This document shows positions 10,150 to 20,817 of a stretch of 64,000 nucleotides of DNA, in pieces; the stretch's first letter is position 1, and the number at the start of each line of letters is the position of its first letter. The DNA is taken from assembly GCA_033762915.1 (NCBI GenBank), contig JANRLD010000075.1, positions 1 through 64,000 of the forward strand, written 5' to 3'. Both the position numbers and the translations under genes were made by a program. Below the pieces are notes generated by a model. The model was given only the letters and a program-made list of their open reading frames with translations. It searched no databases and was not told the origin of the DNA. Source of the DNA: Meiothermus sp. Its GTDB lineage: Bacteria; Deinococcota; Deinococci; Deinococcales; Thermaceae.

Positions 10150-11067
10150 GTGAAAACCACCCTGATCGTCAACCCCAACGCGGGAGGGACCGGCGAGGGC
10201 ACGATTCAGCGGCTCGAGGACAGCCTGGGCGCGCTCGGCTACGTATGCGAGCACCGCGAGACCCACAGCGCCAAAGACCTCGAGGAGGCCCTGAGCGACC
10301 CCGGCGAGCTGGTGGTGGCGGCCGGCGGCGACGGCACCCTGCGGGCGGTGGCCACCCGGCTAGCCGGGCGCGGGGTTCCCCTGGCGCTGGTTCCGCTGGG
10401 CACCGCCAACAACATCGCGCGCTCGCTGGGGATCGTAGGGCCGCCGGAAAGCTGGCTCGAGGGGCTCCGAGCCCCCCGCCGGGTGCCCTTCGATGTGGGC
10501 CGGGTTCGCGGCTCTTGGGGCACGGACCTGTTCCTTGAGGGCGCAGGGGCCGGGCTGTTTGCGCTCGGCCTCTCCAACTACGACCCTGAGATCGGCAAGG
10601 ACGTGTTGCGGGCGCTGGGAGCGGCCCTTCAGACCTTGCGCGAGTACGTGCCCAGGCCATTTCTGGTGTGGCTGGACGGTGAGCCGGTGGCCGAGCCGCT
10701 GACGATGCTAGAGGTCATGAACACCCCCTCTATCGGGCCGCGCCTGCGCTTCGCCCCCCAGGCCGACCCCGGCGATGGCCTGTTGGACGTGGTGCTGGTG
10801 AGCGCCGAGCACAATTTGGGGTTTGCCTCCCAGCTGGCGGGGCTGATCTCCGGGCAGTTCACCGAGCTGCCCAACGTGGCCCACCGCCGCTGCCGACGGG
10901 TCGCACTTGAGTGGGACGGCTCACCCTTTCACCTCGACGACGAGCTGCGCCAGGCCGACGCACCCGAGCGCCTCGAGATCGAGGTCTGGCCTGCCGCCCT
11001 CGAGATCTGGCTGCCCGCCCAAGCCCAAGCGAGCCAAGATGAGCGACCGACTCCCACCCCCGCCTGA
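10150..11067 (+). CDS. Diacylglycerol/lipid kinase family (YegS/BmrU-like)
   Basis: IVNPNAG, AGGDGT, PLGTANNIAR, DDGLLDV-like motif. Confidence 0.9.
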   Translation: MKTTLIVNPNAGGTGEGTIQRLEDSLGALGYVCEHRETHSAKDLEEALSDPGELVVAAGGDGTLRAVATRLAGRGVPLALVPLGTANNIARSLGIVGPPESWLEGLRAPRRVPFDVGRVRGSWGTDLFLEGAGAGLFALGLSNYDPEIGKDVLRALGAALQTLREYVPRPFLVWLDGEPVAEPLTMLEVMNTPSIGPRLRFAPQADPGDGLLDVVLVSAEHNLGFASQLAGLISGQFTELPNVAHRRCRRVALEWDGSPFHLDDELRQADAPERLEIEVWPAALEIWLPAQAQASQDERPTPTPA

Positions 11068-11848
11068 CCCACCGACCCAGGCTGCCCAGACCCCCGCCGA
11101 GGTCACCCAGGGCGGGGCCACCCCCGCGCCCGCTGGGCTGGTGCCGCCCGGAATGTTTCGGGTGGACCTGCACTGCCATAGCGAGGCCTCGGCGGATTGC
11201 CGCACCCCCGTGCGGGAGTTCCCAACCCGCTGCGCCGCACGGGGCATCGCCGTGCAAGCCATCACCGACCACGACCAGATCTGGGGCGCCCAACTCTTGC
11301 AGGAGCTGTGCGCAGACAATCCGGCCCTCACGGTGATCGTGGGCGAGGAGATTAGCACCCGCGACGGCGAGATCATCGGGCTGTTCCTGCGGGAGCGGGT
11401 GCCTCCCGGCCTGAGCGCCGAAGAAACCGTGGCGAACATCAGGGCCCAGGGCGGGCTGGTGCTGATCCCCCACGCCTTCGACCCCCTGAAGCGGTTTCAC
11501 ATCCACCCCCAGGCCCTCGAGCACATCGCCGACCAGGTCGACATCGTGGAGACCTTTAACTCCCACATCTCCAGTCCCCGCTGGAACCTCCGGGCTTTGG
11601 AGTGGGCCGAGTCCAGAGGGAAGCTCAAGAGTGCGGGCTCCGACGCCCACACCCTCGATCGCATCGGCGCGGCCTGGGTACAGGCCCCCGCCAGAGACGT
11701 TCGCACCCCCGACGACCTGCGCCAGACCCTGCTCGAGGGCACCGTGATGGGCGAGTGGAAGCACCCCTTCGTGGCCTACGCCTCAAAACTCTGGGACTTT
11801 GTGCGCCGAGCCGGCAGCGGTAGAACCCTCGAGGCCCCCCGACCATAA
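11039..11848 (+). CDS. PHP-domain metal-dependent phosphoesterase
   Basis: VDLHCHS, AITDHD, GEEI, IPHAFD, GSDAH; start uncertain. Confidence 0.88.
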   Translation: MSDRLPPPPDPPTQAAQTPAEVTQGGATPAPAGLVPPGMFRVDLHCHSEASADCRTPVREFPTRCAARGIAVQAITDHDQIWGAQLLQELCADNPALTVIVGEEISTRDGEIIGLFLRERVPPGLSAEETVANIRAQGGLVLIPHAFDPLKRFHIHPQALEHIADQVDIVETFNSHISSPRWNLRALEWAESRGKLKSAGSDAHTLDRIGAAWVQAPARDVRTPDDLRQTLLEGTVMGEWKHPFVAYASKLWDFVRRAGSGRTLEAPRP

Positions 11849-12323
11849 GTGGTCGCCCAGATTCGTGAGGCAGATGCCCGTCCCTGCTCTTGGTAGGAAA
11901 CTGCGTCTAGGCTCGAGCCATCAACGATTCAAGCCCCAATGGCGTCCAATTTTGCAGTCCGAACAAAGCGCCGTGCGCTCCGACGGCCTACCTGAAAGTC
12001 TGCTACCCAGTTCCTTTAGACTTTTGGCTCTGCCGTGTCTGGCTTACCCGATAATTTCAAGACGCCACAGCCCCCTTCATTTCTGTGTTATTCCTGTCCC
12101 AGTAGGGCAATGGATACACTCTGGGGCCTTGACCCCCACCCAAACCCTTTCACCGAGGCCGCTCCAAACTTGTGCCCGTTTTGAATTTCGCTATATCGGT
12201 CGCTTTGGCACAGGATTGTGCGAGGTTTATGGGTGGTTTCTGCTGCACGCACTCATCTTTTGTTACTGGGCGTCCAAGTGGAGATCCTCTTGAAGAACCA
12301 ATACGAAACATTAAACTACGGGC

Positions 12324-12803
12324 GTGGTCGTTATAGACAAAGATGGGTATCGCTTCAACTATCGCGTAGGCGCTATCGTCATCAAGAAAAGCCAGATGCT
12401 GCTTTGCCATAACGCCGAGGGCGACTACTGGTACGTGCCGGGTGGGCGGGTGGAGCTGGGCGAGGACTCACGTACTGCCCTAAAGCGTGAGCTGCAGGAG
12501 GAGCTGGGCCAGAGGGTGCGGGTAGGGCGGGTATTGTGGATGATCGAGAACCTCTTCGAGCTCCAGGGGCGCAAGTTCCACGAGATCGGGCTGTATTACT
12601 CGGTCGACTGGCCCCTCGAGCCGCTCGTAGGAGACTTTTCGGGCCTCGAGAATGGCCAGCCCATCACCTTCCGTTGGTTCCCCCTGGGCCAATTGCCCAA
12701 CCTCCAGCCCGCCTTCCTCAAGACTGCCGTCCGTGCCCTACCGGTGCGGGCCAAGCATGTCATCTTCAATGAGATTTCCGCGCAGACAATAGGACTCGCT
12801 TGA
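12324..12803 (+). CDS. NUDIX hydrolase
   Basis: Nudix box GGRVELGEDSRTALKRELQEELG. Confidence 0.92.
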   Translation: MVVIDKDGYRFNYRVGAIVIKKSQMLLCHNAEGDYWYVPGGRVELGEDSRTALKRELQEELGQRVRVGRVLWMIENLFELQGRKFHEIGLYYSVDWPLEPLVGDFSGLENGQPITFRWFPLGQLPNLQPAFLKTAVRALPVRAKHVIFNEISAQTIGLA

Positions 12804-13524
12804 AGCCGTAGAAGAGCGGACTTTGTGGGAGGGCTTCGGCCAGGCGCTGTCGGTAGGACTCGAGAAACCTCGGCCCAGCCTGGGCGGGAAGGCGCTCGAG
12901 GTACGAGGTGAGCAGCGTCCCCTTCACCCACTCGACCACCGCGTCGGCGTCCTCGAGCACGTGGGGATACACCTTGAGCATTGCGGTTATCTCCTGGCCG
13001 CCGAGTTCGAACAGCAACTGGGCGTATTCCTCTACGGGCAACACTGGGCTCCGGCGTCCGCCCAAGGGGAAGTACTGCCTGAACGAGGACTCGGCAAGTT
13101 CGGCGGCGAGGCGGTGCGAGATGTGGTCGTGGTTTGCGGGCATTTGGACCAGCAGCTGTCCGCCCGGCTCGAGCTTCTCCCACAGCCCGGCGAAGAGCTC
13201 GGCGTGGCCGTCTATCCACTGCAAGGCCGCATTGGAAAAGATCAGGTCCCAGCGCCCTTGCAGCGCGCGGATATCGCCTTGCTCAAAGTGCAGCCCCGCT
13301 CGAGCGAACGCCGCCGACCTCGCCAGCATCTGCGGGGACTGATCCAACCCCAGCACCTGCGCGTCCGGTATCCGGTCGGCCAGTTTCCGGGTCAGTTCAC
13401 CGGTTCCGCAGCCGAGATCTACGGCCTCAAGGTTGGGGCGGACCGAGAGCAGATCGAGCAGGTCGTAGAACGGAGCCGACCGCTCGGTCTGAAACTTGTT
13501 GTACTGGTCTGGGTTCCAGGGCAT
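12766..13524 (-). CDS. tam: Trans-aconitate 2-methyltransferase-like SAM-dependent methyltransferase
   Basis: WNPDQY..F..ER..PF.DL, VDLGCGTG, SNAALQW, VQMP.N. Confidence 0.82.
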   Translation of the reverse strand: MPWNPDQYNKFQTERSAPFYDLLDLLSVRPNLEAVDLGCGTGELTRKLADRIPDAQVLGLDQSPQMLARSAAFARAGLHFEQGDIRALQGRWDLIFSNAALQWIDGHAELFAGLWEKLEPGGQLLVQMPANHDHISHRLAAELAESSFRQYFPLGGRRSPVLPVEEYAQLLFELGGQEITAMLKVYPHVLEDADAVVEWVKGTLLTSYLERLPAQAGPRFLESYRQRLAEALPQSPLFYGFKRVLLSARKSH

Positions 13525-13668
13525 AAGGATAGGGGCAAAGTGACAGTTCGTCCGCCCAGATGAAGTCCATGTACTCATAGCAACCTCGTTCTGGATGGGG
13601 TGAACTTGGGGGACCTACAACTAAAGCGGCGTTTGGCTTCAGGCCCATAGACAGGGGCCCTCGAGGGT

Positions 13669-14295
13669 TCACTGCGCGTCGCGGTATTTCTCAATTAGGT
13701 CGGCTAGCCCCTCGCGCAGCAGCGAGGCCTCGGTGCGGCCGAGGCCCTCGGAAAGTTTGGACAGGCGCTCGAGCTGACTCTTGGGGTAGTAGTTCGACTT
13801 TAGGGTCATTTTCTCCTCAACGTAGATGGCTATCTTATTGCGACCCTCGCGCTTGGCCCTCCACAGCGCTTCGTCGGCGGCGTCGAGGGCCTTGCGGGCG
13901 TCGGCGGCGTGCTGCGGAAAGCTGGCGATGCCCGCACAGATGTAGGCCGGCAGCGCCACGCTTTCGGTGAGTGGGTGGGGCTTGCAGAGGTACTGACGGA
14001 TCTCCTCGAGTTGGATCAGGGCCTCCTCGGGGCTGCTGGCTGGGAAGGCCGCGGCGAACTCGTCGCCGCCCAGCCGGGCAATCGAGACCTCCCCCGAGAG
14101 GCTGCCCTGCAGGGTCTTGAGCACGCGCTCGATCATAAGGTCGCCAATCGCGTGGCCGTAGGTGTCGTTGACCGCCTTGAAGCGGTCGAGGTCGATCAGG
14201 GCCACGGTGATGGGGCCTTGCTCGCCCCAGGCGTTGAGGCGATCCAGGAAGTCGGTGCGGCCCAGTAGGGTCGCGGTGACGGCAGCTTTTCCCAT
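13669..14295 (-). CDS. GGDEF diguanylate cyclase fused to a C-terminal ribbon-helix-helix DNA-binding domain
   Basis: DLDRFKAVNDTYGH and RLGGDEF; C-terminus YYPKSQLERLSKLSEGLGRTEASLLREGLADLIEKY. RBS GGAGGAGG precedes MGKAAV. Confidence 0.85.
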   Translation of the reverse strand: MGKAAVTATLLGRTDFLDRLNAWGEQGPITVALIDLDRFKAVNDTYGHAIGDLMIERVLKTLQGSLSGEVSIARLGGDEFAAAFPASSPEEALIQLEEIRQYLCKPHPLTESVALPAYICAGIASFPQHAADARKALDAADEALWRAKREGRNKIAIYVEEKMTLKSNYYPKSQLERLSKLSEGLGRTEASLLREGLADLIEKYRDAQ

Positions 14296-14388
14296 TTCCT
14301 CCTCCAACATAGTGGTCTGTAGGTATATATTAGCGTGAACGTATATATATTGCAAGTATTACGCGGGCTCGAGGTAGCATCATGCGGC

Positions 14389-15003
14389 ATGAGGCTAAAC
14401 GTAGTCAAGGTCATCCGCCGCAGCGTCGCCCTGTTTGCCCATCACCCGTTGGGCCTGCTGTGGGTGTTGATTCAGACCTTTGTGGTGATGCTGTTCAGCC
14501 TGGGCACCTGGGCGGGGCCGATGTTGGTTGGCCTTTACGCGGTGCTGATCCGTTATGTGCGCGACGGCGCATGGCAGCCCGAGCGGCTGTGGGGACGCTA
14601 CACCTTCAACAACCTGCTGGGCGGGGTGGTTTTTGTTCTGGTCAATCTGGCCATCTATCTGGTAGGGGTGCCCTCGCTCAACTTTCACCCGCTCCTCAAT
14701 TTCGCGGTGCTGTTCGTCTTCAGCAGTGCGGTCACCCTGCTGTGGTTCTACACTTTCCAACTCCTCAGCGAACAAGATCAGCCCTGGCAGACTGCCGTGC
14801 GGCAGGGCTGGCGCTTGGTGCTCCAGGGCGGTCTGGGCCAGCACGTGGGCCTGATCCTGATTCTGGCCCTGCTCAGCGCCCTGGCCTCGAGCGGTCAGAA
14901 CACCCCCCTGCTGCTCCAACTGCTGGTGCTGCTAATCTTCCTGGTTTTCTCGGTGCTGCTGCAAACCTCAGCCTATGTGATGCTGCGGGATCAACCTAAA
15001 TGA
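14389..15003 (+). CDS. Hypothetical multi-pass membrane protein
   Basis: Several hydrophobic segments; coding-like codon usage. Confidence 0.7.
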   Translation: MRLNVVKVIRRSVALFAHHPLGLLWVLIQTFVVMLFSLGTWAGPMLVGLYAVLIRYVRDGAWQPERLWGRYTFNNLLGGVVFVLVNLAIYLVGVPSLNFHPLLNFAVLFVFSSAVTLLWFYTFQLLSEQDQPWQTAVRQGWRLVLQGGLGQHVGLILILALLSALASSGQNTPLLLQLLVLLIFLVFSVLLQTSAYVMLRDQPK

Positions 15004-15054
15004 CATGAACCTTGGCGCGTCAGGGTACCGTTTGGTACAGCGCCTAACCGCCCC

Positions 15055-15549
15055 TCACCCCACCTGCTTTCCCGGAGCCAGCGCGGCGTGGGCGCAATGG
15101 GTGAGCGCGATGGCCAGGGCGTCGGCGACATGGGAGGGCTTGGGGACCGACTTCAGGCCGAGGATGGCCGTGACCATGTAGGCGATCTGGTCTTTGTCGG
15201 CACTGCCGGTGCCCACGATGGCCTGCTTGATCTTGGGCGGGCCGTAGCCGTGGACCGGGATCTCGAGCTGATCCGCCACCAAAAACACCGCCCCCATCGC
15301 CCAACCGATCTTGTAGGCCAACTCGTTTTGGCGGTAGAAGAACTGCTCCTCCACTGAAATCGCGGTTGGCTTGTACTTCTGTGCCACCCCGTACACCGCG
15401 CGGTACAGCGAACCCACCCGCCGAGGGGCGGTGTCCGCGTGGCTGGTCTTGACCAACTCCCCGTGAAGCATCCGGGCTTGCTTGCCCACCTGCTCCACCA
15501 CGCCAACGCCCATGTTGGTGATGCCGGGGTCTATACCGAGGACGATCAT
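15055..15549 (-). CDS. ruvC: Holliday junction resolvase RuvC
   Basis: VLGIDPG, VEEQFF, G.A.K.QI..MV, ADALAIALTH. Confidence 0.96.
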   Translation of the reverse strand: MIVLGIDPGITNMGVGVVEQVGKQARMLHGELVKTSHADTAPRRVGSLYRAVYGVAQKYKPTAISVEEQFFYRQNELAYKIGWAMGAVFLVADQLEIPVHGYGPPKIKQAIVGTGSADKDQIAYMVTAILGLKSVPKPSHVADALAIALTHCAHAALAPGKQVG

Positions 15550-16155
15550 GGAAGAGGGGTCAGTGGTCGGGGAAATGGGGGGAAAGGCCGAAAGGGTCCG
15601 ACGAGAGGTTTTCGAAGCGCTCCACAGAGTTTGGGCTCAATCTCTCATTCTGTGGCGAAGACCGGCCAGTCGATTATAGGAGCAGGTCGCTAGCTGGAAG
15701 GCCCTTGGGCATGTGCACCATGCCAGCTCCTTAGCACGCCGCGAACCTCTTGAGCCAGAGTCACGCAGCACCCACGCGACCCTGCCCTCCGAACAGGTAC
15801 GCATTGCCGGGCGGTGGGCTTGGGCTTGCCCCGATTTCCGCGCGGCTGATGTCCGGTGCGGGGTCATGGCCCCACACTACCACGCGTCGGCATCTTGAAA
15901 GGCAAGGGTTTGTGCATGAGCACCTTGGGGAGTGATTCCTCGGGCCAAATGCCTGTTTGAGCTATTCGTCGAGCGCCTGGGAAGGGTGGGTCGGACGTGC
16001 AGTGGGGTTTCCCAAGCACTAAACCCAACTCGCGTCCTGGCGGTTAAAGTCAGCTTTTGGCCAGTTCGACCCGGTCGCGTATCCCGGCTCGTCATGGTGC
16101 TCTTTTCCTTAGACTCTCGACTTTACGCAACGGACAGCCTTAGGCTATTCCCACA

Positions 16156-18576
16156 ATGCCTATTCCAACCCGTTCGGAGATCGTTATCGTAGGGGGCGGG
16201 ATCGTGGGGGTCTCGCTGGCCTATCACTTGGCCAAGCTGGGCAAGCGTGAGGTGACGGTGCTCGAGCAGGGGCAGATCACCTGCGGCACCACCTGGCATG
16301 CTGCGGGCCTGGTGGGGCAGATGCGCCCCAACCGCTCGATGACCCGCATGAGCCGCTACGGAATCGAGCTGTACCGTGGTCTCGAGGCCGAGACCGGGCA
16401 GGCTACCGGCTGGAAGACCTGCGGCAGCCTCAACGTGGCCCGCACCCCCGAGCGGTGGACTATCTACCAGCGGCAGGCTGCCATGGCGCGCAGTTTCGGG
16501 GTCGAGGTGGAGATGCTCACCCCGGAAGAGGCCGGTCGGCTCTATCCCATTCTGCGCACCGACGACCTCCAGGGTGCCCTGTGGTTCCCAGAGGACGGCA
16601 AGGCCAACCCCGTCGACCTGACCCAAGCCTTGGCAAGGGGTGCGCGGCAGCAGGGCGTAAAGATCGTCGAGGGCATCCGGGTCGAGGGCTTCCGATTGGG
16701 ACGTGGGGCGGTGGTGGGGGTAGAAACCGATCAGGGGTACCTGGAGTGCGCCCAATTGGCCTGCTGTGCCGGGCAATGGACTCGAGCCCTGGCCGCTAAG
16801 GCTGGCGTCAATGTCCCGCTGTTTTCCGCCGAGCACTTCTACTGGGTCACCGAGCCCATCGAGGGCGTTCACCCCATGCTGCCGGTGATGCGCGACCCCG
16901 ACGGCTTCCTCTACTTCAAGGAGGAGGTGGGCGGGCTGCTGGTGGGCGGCTTCGAGCCGGTGGCCAAGCCCTGGGGCAAGCACGGCATCCCCGAAAAGTT
17001 CGAGTTCCAACTGCTGCCCGAGGACTGGGATCAGGTCGAAGTCCTGGTTCAAAACGCGCTGCACCGGGTGCCCGTCCTCGAGCAGACCGGGGTCAAGCGA
17101 CAGATCAACGGCCCGGAGAGCTTCACCCCGGACGGCAATTTCATCCTGGGCGAGGCCCCGGAAGTGCGGAACTTTTTTGTCGCGGCGGGCTTTAACTCGG
17201 CCGGCATCGCCAACGCCGGCGGGGCCGGGCGGCTGCTGGCCGAGTGGATGGTGTGGGGCGAGTCGCCGGGAGACTTGTTCGAAGTGGATATCCGGCGTTT
17301 CGGCCCCTACGCCGCCAACCTGAACTGGCTCGAGGGCCGCACCGTCGAGACCCTGGGCCTGCACTACGCCATGCGCTGGCCCCGGCACGAGCTCGAGTCG
17401 GGCCGCCCGCAGCGCCGCTCGCCGCTGTACGGGCAGCTCGAGTCCAGGGGGGCTTGCTTCGGCAGCAAGATGGGTTGGGAACGGGCCAACTGGTTCGCGC
17501 CAAATGGACAAAAGCCCGAAATGGCCTACACCCTGGGCCGCCCCAACTGGCTCGAGGCCGTGATCGCAGAGCAGAACGCGGTGCGCCAGGCGGTGGGGCT
17601 GTTCGACCAGAGTTCGTTCGGCAAGCTGCTGGTGGTCGGGCGGGATGCGCTGGGGGTGCTGCAGCGCCTGTGCGCAAACGAGATGGACGTGCCGGTGGGC
17701 CAAATCGTCTACACCCCGATGCTCAATGCGCGGGGCGGATACGAGTCGGACGTGACCGTGCACCGGCTGGGGAGGGAGGAGTTCTTCGTCGTCACTGGGA
17801 CGGCCCAGCCCACCCGCGACCTGGCCTGGATTCGGCGGCACACCGGAGAAAACGAGCACCTCTACGCCCTGGAGGTCACCAACGCTTGGTCGGTGCTCTC
17901 GCTGTTTGGCCCTCGGGCCGAGGCGCTGTTGAGGCGCTTGACGGCCGTGGACCTGAGTCTGGAGGCCTTTCCGCCCAACAGCTTCCTCGAGCTTCACCTG
18001 GGCTTTGCCAACGTGCGGGCGGCGCGGGTCTCCTACGTGGGCGGGCCAGGGTGGGAGCTGTATGTGCCAGTGGAAATGGCGGCGGGGCTGTACCAGACCC
18101 TCTGGGAAGTAGGGGCAGACTTGGGCCTGCGCGACTGCGGCTACTATGCCCTCGACGCCCTCCGCATCGAGGCCGGGCGGAGGGCCTTTCCCTCCGAGCT
18201 CTCGCCTGACTTCAACCCCTTCGAGGCGGGCCTGGGCTTCGCGGTCAGGCTCGATAAGCCTACGGGATTCGTTGGTCAAGGCGCCCTAAGGGCGGCCTCG
18301 AGAACCCAACTGACCAGACGGCTCCTAACCTTTACCTTTCCCCAGACCGAGCTGTTCGCCTGGGGCGGCGAGCCCATCCTTCGCGACGGTAAGCCGGTCG
18401 GCGAGCTGTCTTCGGTGGGCTACAGCGCAACGCAGGGGTGCATGGTCGGGCTGGGGTACGTGTACTCCAGCGCTCCGGAAACGGCTAAGGAGGTGTTGGT
18501 GAGCTCGTTTGCGCTGGAGGTTTCGGGTCGGGTTGTGCCGGCCAAGGCTGGCACCCAGGCGGTTTGGAAGCCTTGA
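16156..18576 (+). CDS. FAD-dependent oxidoreductase/GcvT-family (dimethylglycine/sarcosine dehydrogenase-like)
   Basis: IVGGGIVG, GTTWHAAGL, NGPESFTPD, GWERANWF and C-terminal folate-binding GcvT domain. Confidence 0.9.
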   Translation: MPIPTRSEIVIVGGGIVGVSLAYHLAKLGKREVTVLEQGQITCGTTWHAAGLVGQMRPNRSMTRMSRYGIELYRGLEAETGQATGWKTCGSLNVARTPERWTIYQRQAAMARSFGVEVEMLTPEEAGRLYPILRTDDLQGALWFPEDGKANPVDLTQALARGARQQGVKIVEGIRVEGFRLGRGAVVGVETDQGYLECAQLACCAGQWTRALAAKAGVNVPLFSAEHFYWVTEPIEGVHPMLPVMRDPDGFLYFKEEVGGLLVGGFEPVAKPWGKHGIPEKFEFQLLPEDWDQVEVLVQNALHRVPVLEQTGVKRQINGPESFTPDGNFILGEAPEVRNFFVAAGFNSAGIANAGGAGRLLAEWMVWGESPGDLFEVDIRRFGPYAANLNWLEGRTVETLGLHYAMRWPRHELESGRPQRRSPLYGQLESRGACFGSKMGWERANWFAPNGQKPEMAYTLGRPNWLEAVIAEQNAVRQAVGLFDQSSFGKLLVVGRDALGVLQRLCANEMDVPVGQIVYTPMLNARGGYESDVTVHRLGREEFFVVTGTAQPTRDLAWIRRHTGENEHLYALEVTNAWSVLSLFGPRAEALLRRLTAVDLSLEAFPPNSFLELHLGFANVRAARVSYVGGPGWELYVPVEMAAGLYQTLWEVGADLGLRDCGYYALDALRIEAGRRAFPSELSPDFNPFEAGLGFAVRLDKPTGFVGQGALRAASRTQLTRRLLTFTFPQTELFAWGGEPILRDGKPVGELSSVGYSATQGCMVGLGYVYSSAPETAKEVLVSSFALEVSGRVVPAKAGTQAVWKP

Positions 18577-18681
18577 TCCGGACCGCTCGAGCTCGGCTCA
18601 ATCCCAGGCCGGTGTAGGTCAGACGCTCTGGATGGCCAGGCCCGGTTTTTCCCCCGCTCCGATGCGCGGCAGGCAATCAGC

Positions 18682-19149
18682 TTAGCGGAACTGGTAATTC
18701 ACCCCGAAGCGCAACGGGAGCCCGAAGGCGGTCCCGCTGTTGACCAGGTATAAGGTAGGGGCCAGCTCGGCAAAAAAGACCACCTCCGGCGAGGAGCTAT
18801 AGCTGAGCCCGGCCAGGCCGCGCAGACCAATGAAGGTGACCCCAGTCGCGTTCAGGTAGCCAATGCCCGCGCCCGCGTAGGGCAAAAATCGGTCGGTGCT
18901 GAGCGGCAAGAGAGCGTCGGCGGTCAGCTCGAGGTATCTCTGAGCAAGTCCGATGCCCACGCTGGCCCTGGCTCCAAATCCGCCGCCAAAGTCGAAGCTG
19001 CCGCCCTGGAGCATCAGCCCAGTTAGCCCGATCCCGTTCACCCATCCAAAGCTCAGGCTACCCCCAGCGAAGGGGCGGCTGTTCTGGCCACTCTGGGCCA
19101 TCCCGAGCGTACTTAGCAGCAGCAGCACGACCATCAGGCGCGGAATCAT
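18682..19149 (-). CDS. Small outer-membrane beta-barrel-like protein
   Basis: Signal peptide, amphipathic strands, PYAGAGIG, C-terminal GVNYQFR. Confidence 0.7.
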   Translation of the reverse strand: MIPRLMVVLLLLSTLGMAQSGQNSRPFAGGSLSFGWVNGIGLTGLMLQGGSFDFGGGFGARASVGIGLAQRYLELTADALLPLSTDRFLPYAGAGIGYLNATGVTFIGLRGLAGLSYSSSPEVVFFAELAPTLYLVNSGTAFGLPLRFGVNYQFR

Positions 19150-19275
19150 GGGGCCTATGATACGGCTCGAGCCGCCCCCAGGCCGGGCTTCCCTGACCCG
19201 TCCCTCGGCTTTCTAAACGTTATCTCAAGATTTTCTAAACGGGTGCGGCGGTGTGCGGTTGCTACACTCGAGAGC

Positions 19276-19722
19276 ATGCGCTGGACGCAATGGGCAGTTC
19301 CGATGTTGATCGCAACCCTGGTGGGCTGTGGGGGCGGCTACCAGCAGCCCCGCAACCCCAACACCAATCCCCCTGCCCCCGACCCCTGTGTGGGCAGCGA
19401 CTTCACCGTAACCTATACGCCCTCCACCAGTGCCTTTGTGGTTAACAAGGGGCAGAGCGTTACCCTGCGGGCCGGCGTGAGCATCAGCTGCCCCGACACT
19501 GCCAAGGTCCGCTTCACGTTCAGCGCTTCCGAGGGAATCAGCGTCATGCCCAACACCATCGACGTGACCGGCGGCCGGGAGGGCTCGGTTACAGTACGCC
19601 TCGAGGCGGGTACCCCCACCAACCGCCCTTTCTTCACGGTCTCTGCCCAGGGCCTCGACAAAAACAACGACAAGCGCGGCCAGGAGTTGTACCCCACCAC
19701 CTTCCAGTGGACTGCGCAGTAG
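19276..19722 (+). CDS. Hypothetical lipoprotein (Ig-like)
   Basis: Lipobox LVGC; beta-rich mature part. Confidence 0.7.
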   Translation: MRWTQWAVPMLIATLVGCGGGYQQPRNPNTNPPAPDPCVGSDFTVTYTPSTSAFVVNKGQSVTLRAGVSISCPDTAKVRFTFSASEGISVMPNTIDVTGGREGSVTVRLEAGTPTNRPFFTVSAQGLDKNNDKRGQELYPTTFQWTAQ

Positions 19723-19981
19723 GGCCAAATGGGTAAGCCAAGCGGGCTCGAGCGCTGTGCCCCACCGCTTCCATCTGGACCAGTGCCTTGGACATTAAGA
19801 TTGTCAGAAAAGAACGCCTCCTACGCTGTAAAAAGCCGTCACCCCTCAGTTCAATTCTGGCCTGGATGGGCGTGAAGGGCTCGAGCCAGGACGCTAGTTT
19901 CTCGAGCGTGGGCAAGCGACGCAGGGGACAATGTTCCCCGCGTCGCTTGATGGTTCAGCGCTCAAAAGTGCACTGGTGTAG

Positions 19982-20677
19982 CTATTTGCCCTGCTGATCG
20001 GGGCTTGAGCTGGATGCCACCGGTACCGGAGGTACGTCGGCCGAAGTCTTCCACTCATACCCGGTGGCCAAAGCTCGAGCATCGGAAATGGCGTTCTTCA
20101 AGGACTGCTTGCGCAAATCGGGAGTGATGTCCATGGTTTGGGCGTTGATAAAGTGCATGTCGGTGATTCCGACAAAGCCGAAGATCGCCCGCAGGTAGGG
20201 TTCGACGAAGTTGAGGCCGCGGGTGTACTCGCCGCTGTAATCGCCACCGCTGGAGGTCACGCAGACCATCTTTTTGCCTTTTACTAGGCCCTCGGGGACG
20301 CCGGCCTCGTTGTACCGAAACAGGTAGCCCGGCTGGACGATCGCATCGATGTAGTACTTCAGCGCATAGGGGATGCTGAGGTTCCACATCGGCACGGTCA
20401 AGAGGTACAGGTCGGCGTCTAGAAAGCGCTCGATATTTTTCTCGATCTGCTTCCAAGACGTGGCCTGGGAGCCGTCCAGAGATTGGCCGGTCATCAGGGC
20501 GTACTTAGACTCGATATTCTTGCCGGCCACTGCAGGCAAGTCCTCCAAAAAGAGATCGAGCGTCTTGACCATAAGGTCGTCATATCGCTCGTGCAAAGCC
20601 TCGAGAAACACCTGGGAGATTCTTGCTGTGTTCGACGCATGACCGCGCGGCGTGCATACGATGTGCAGGATTTTCAC
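19982..20677 (-). CDS. azoR: FMN-dependent NADH-azoreductase
   Basis: PMWNLSIPYALKYYID, TSSGG, YLRAIFGFVG. Confidence 0.88.
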   Translation of the reverse strand: MKILHIVCTPRGHASNTARISQVFLEALHERYDDLMVKTLDLFLEDLPAVAGKNIESKYALMTGQSLDGSQATSWKQIEKNIERFLDADLYLLTVPMWNLSIPYALKYYIDAIVQPGYLFRYNEAGVPEGLVKGKKMVCVTSSGGDYSGEYTRGLNFVEPYLRAIFGFVGITDMHFINAQTMDITPDLRKQSLKNAISDARALATGYEWKTSADVPPVPVASSSSPDQQGK

Positions 20678-20780
20678 AGAACTTCCCCCCTCTGATAGCC
20701 ACCCTGTCTAGTTTTATCTGAACCTTAAGTTTCTGTCAATTGCTTCCCGCAAGGGCCATTCATCCCCTTCACCGAACCGT

Positions 20781-20817
20781 TGTCATTCTTAGGCGCAGGT
20801 TAAGCGCCTAAGAATCT
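20781..20817. repeat. REP-like palindrome (TGTCATTCTTAGGCGC..GCGCCTAAGAATCT)
   Basis: Perfect 12-bp stem; GTCATTC/GAATGAC ends are shared with the element at 23421-23467. Confidence 0.6.

Noticed and set aside
15550..16155. Long intergenic gap as ncRNA or riboswitch
   Set aside because: No recognisable RNA family signature by eye; would need an Rfam/Infernal scan.
16123..18279. 718-aa minus-strand ORF
   Set aside because: Antisense shadow of the GcvT-type dehydrogenase, typical of high-GC DNA.
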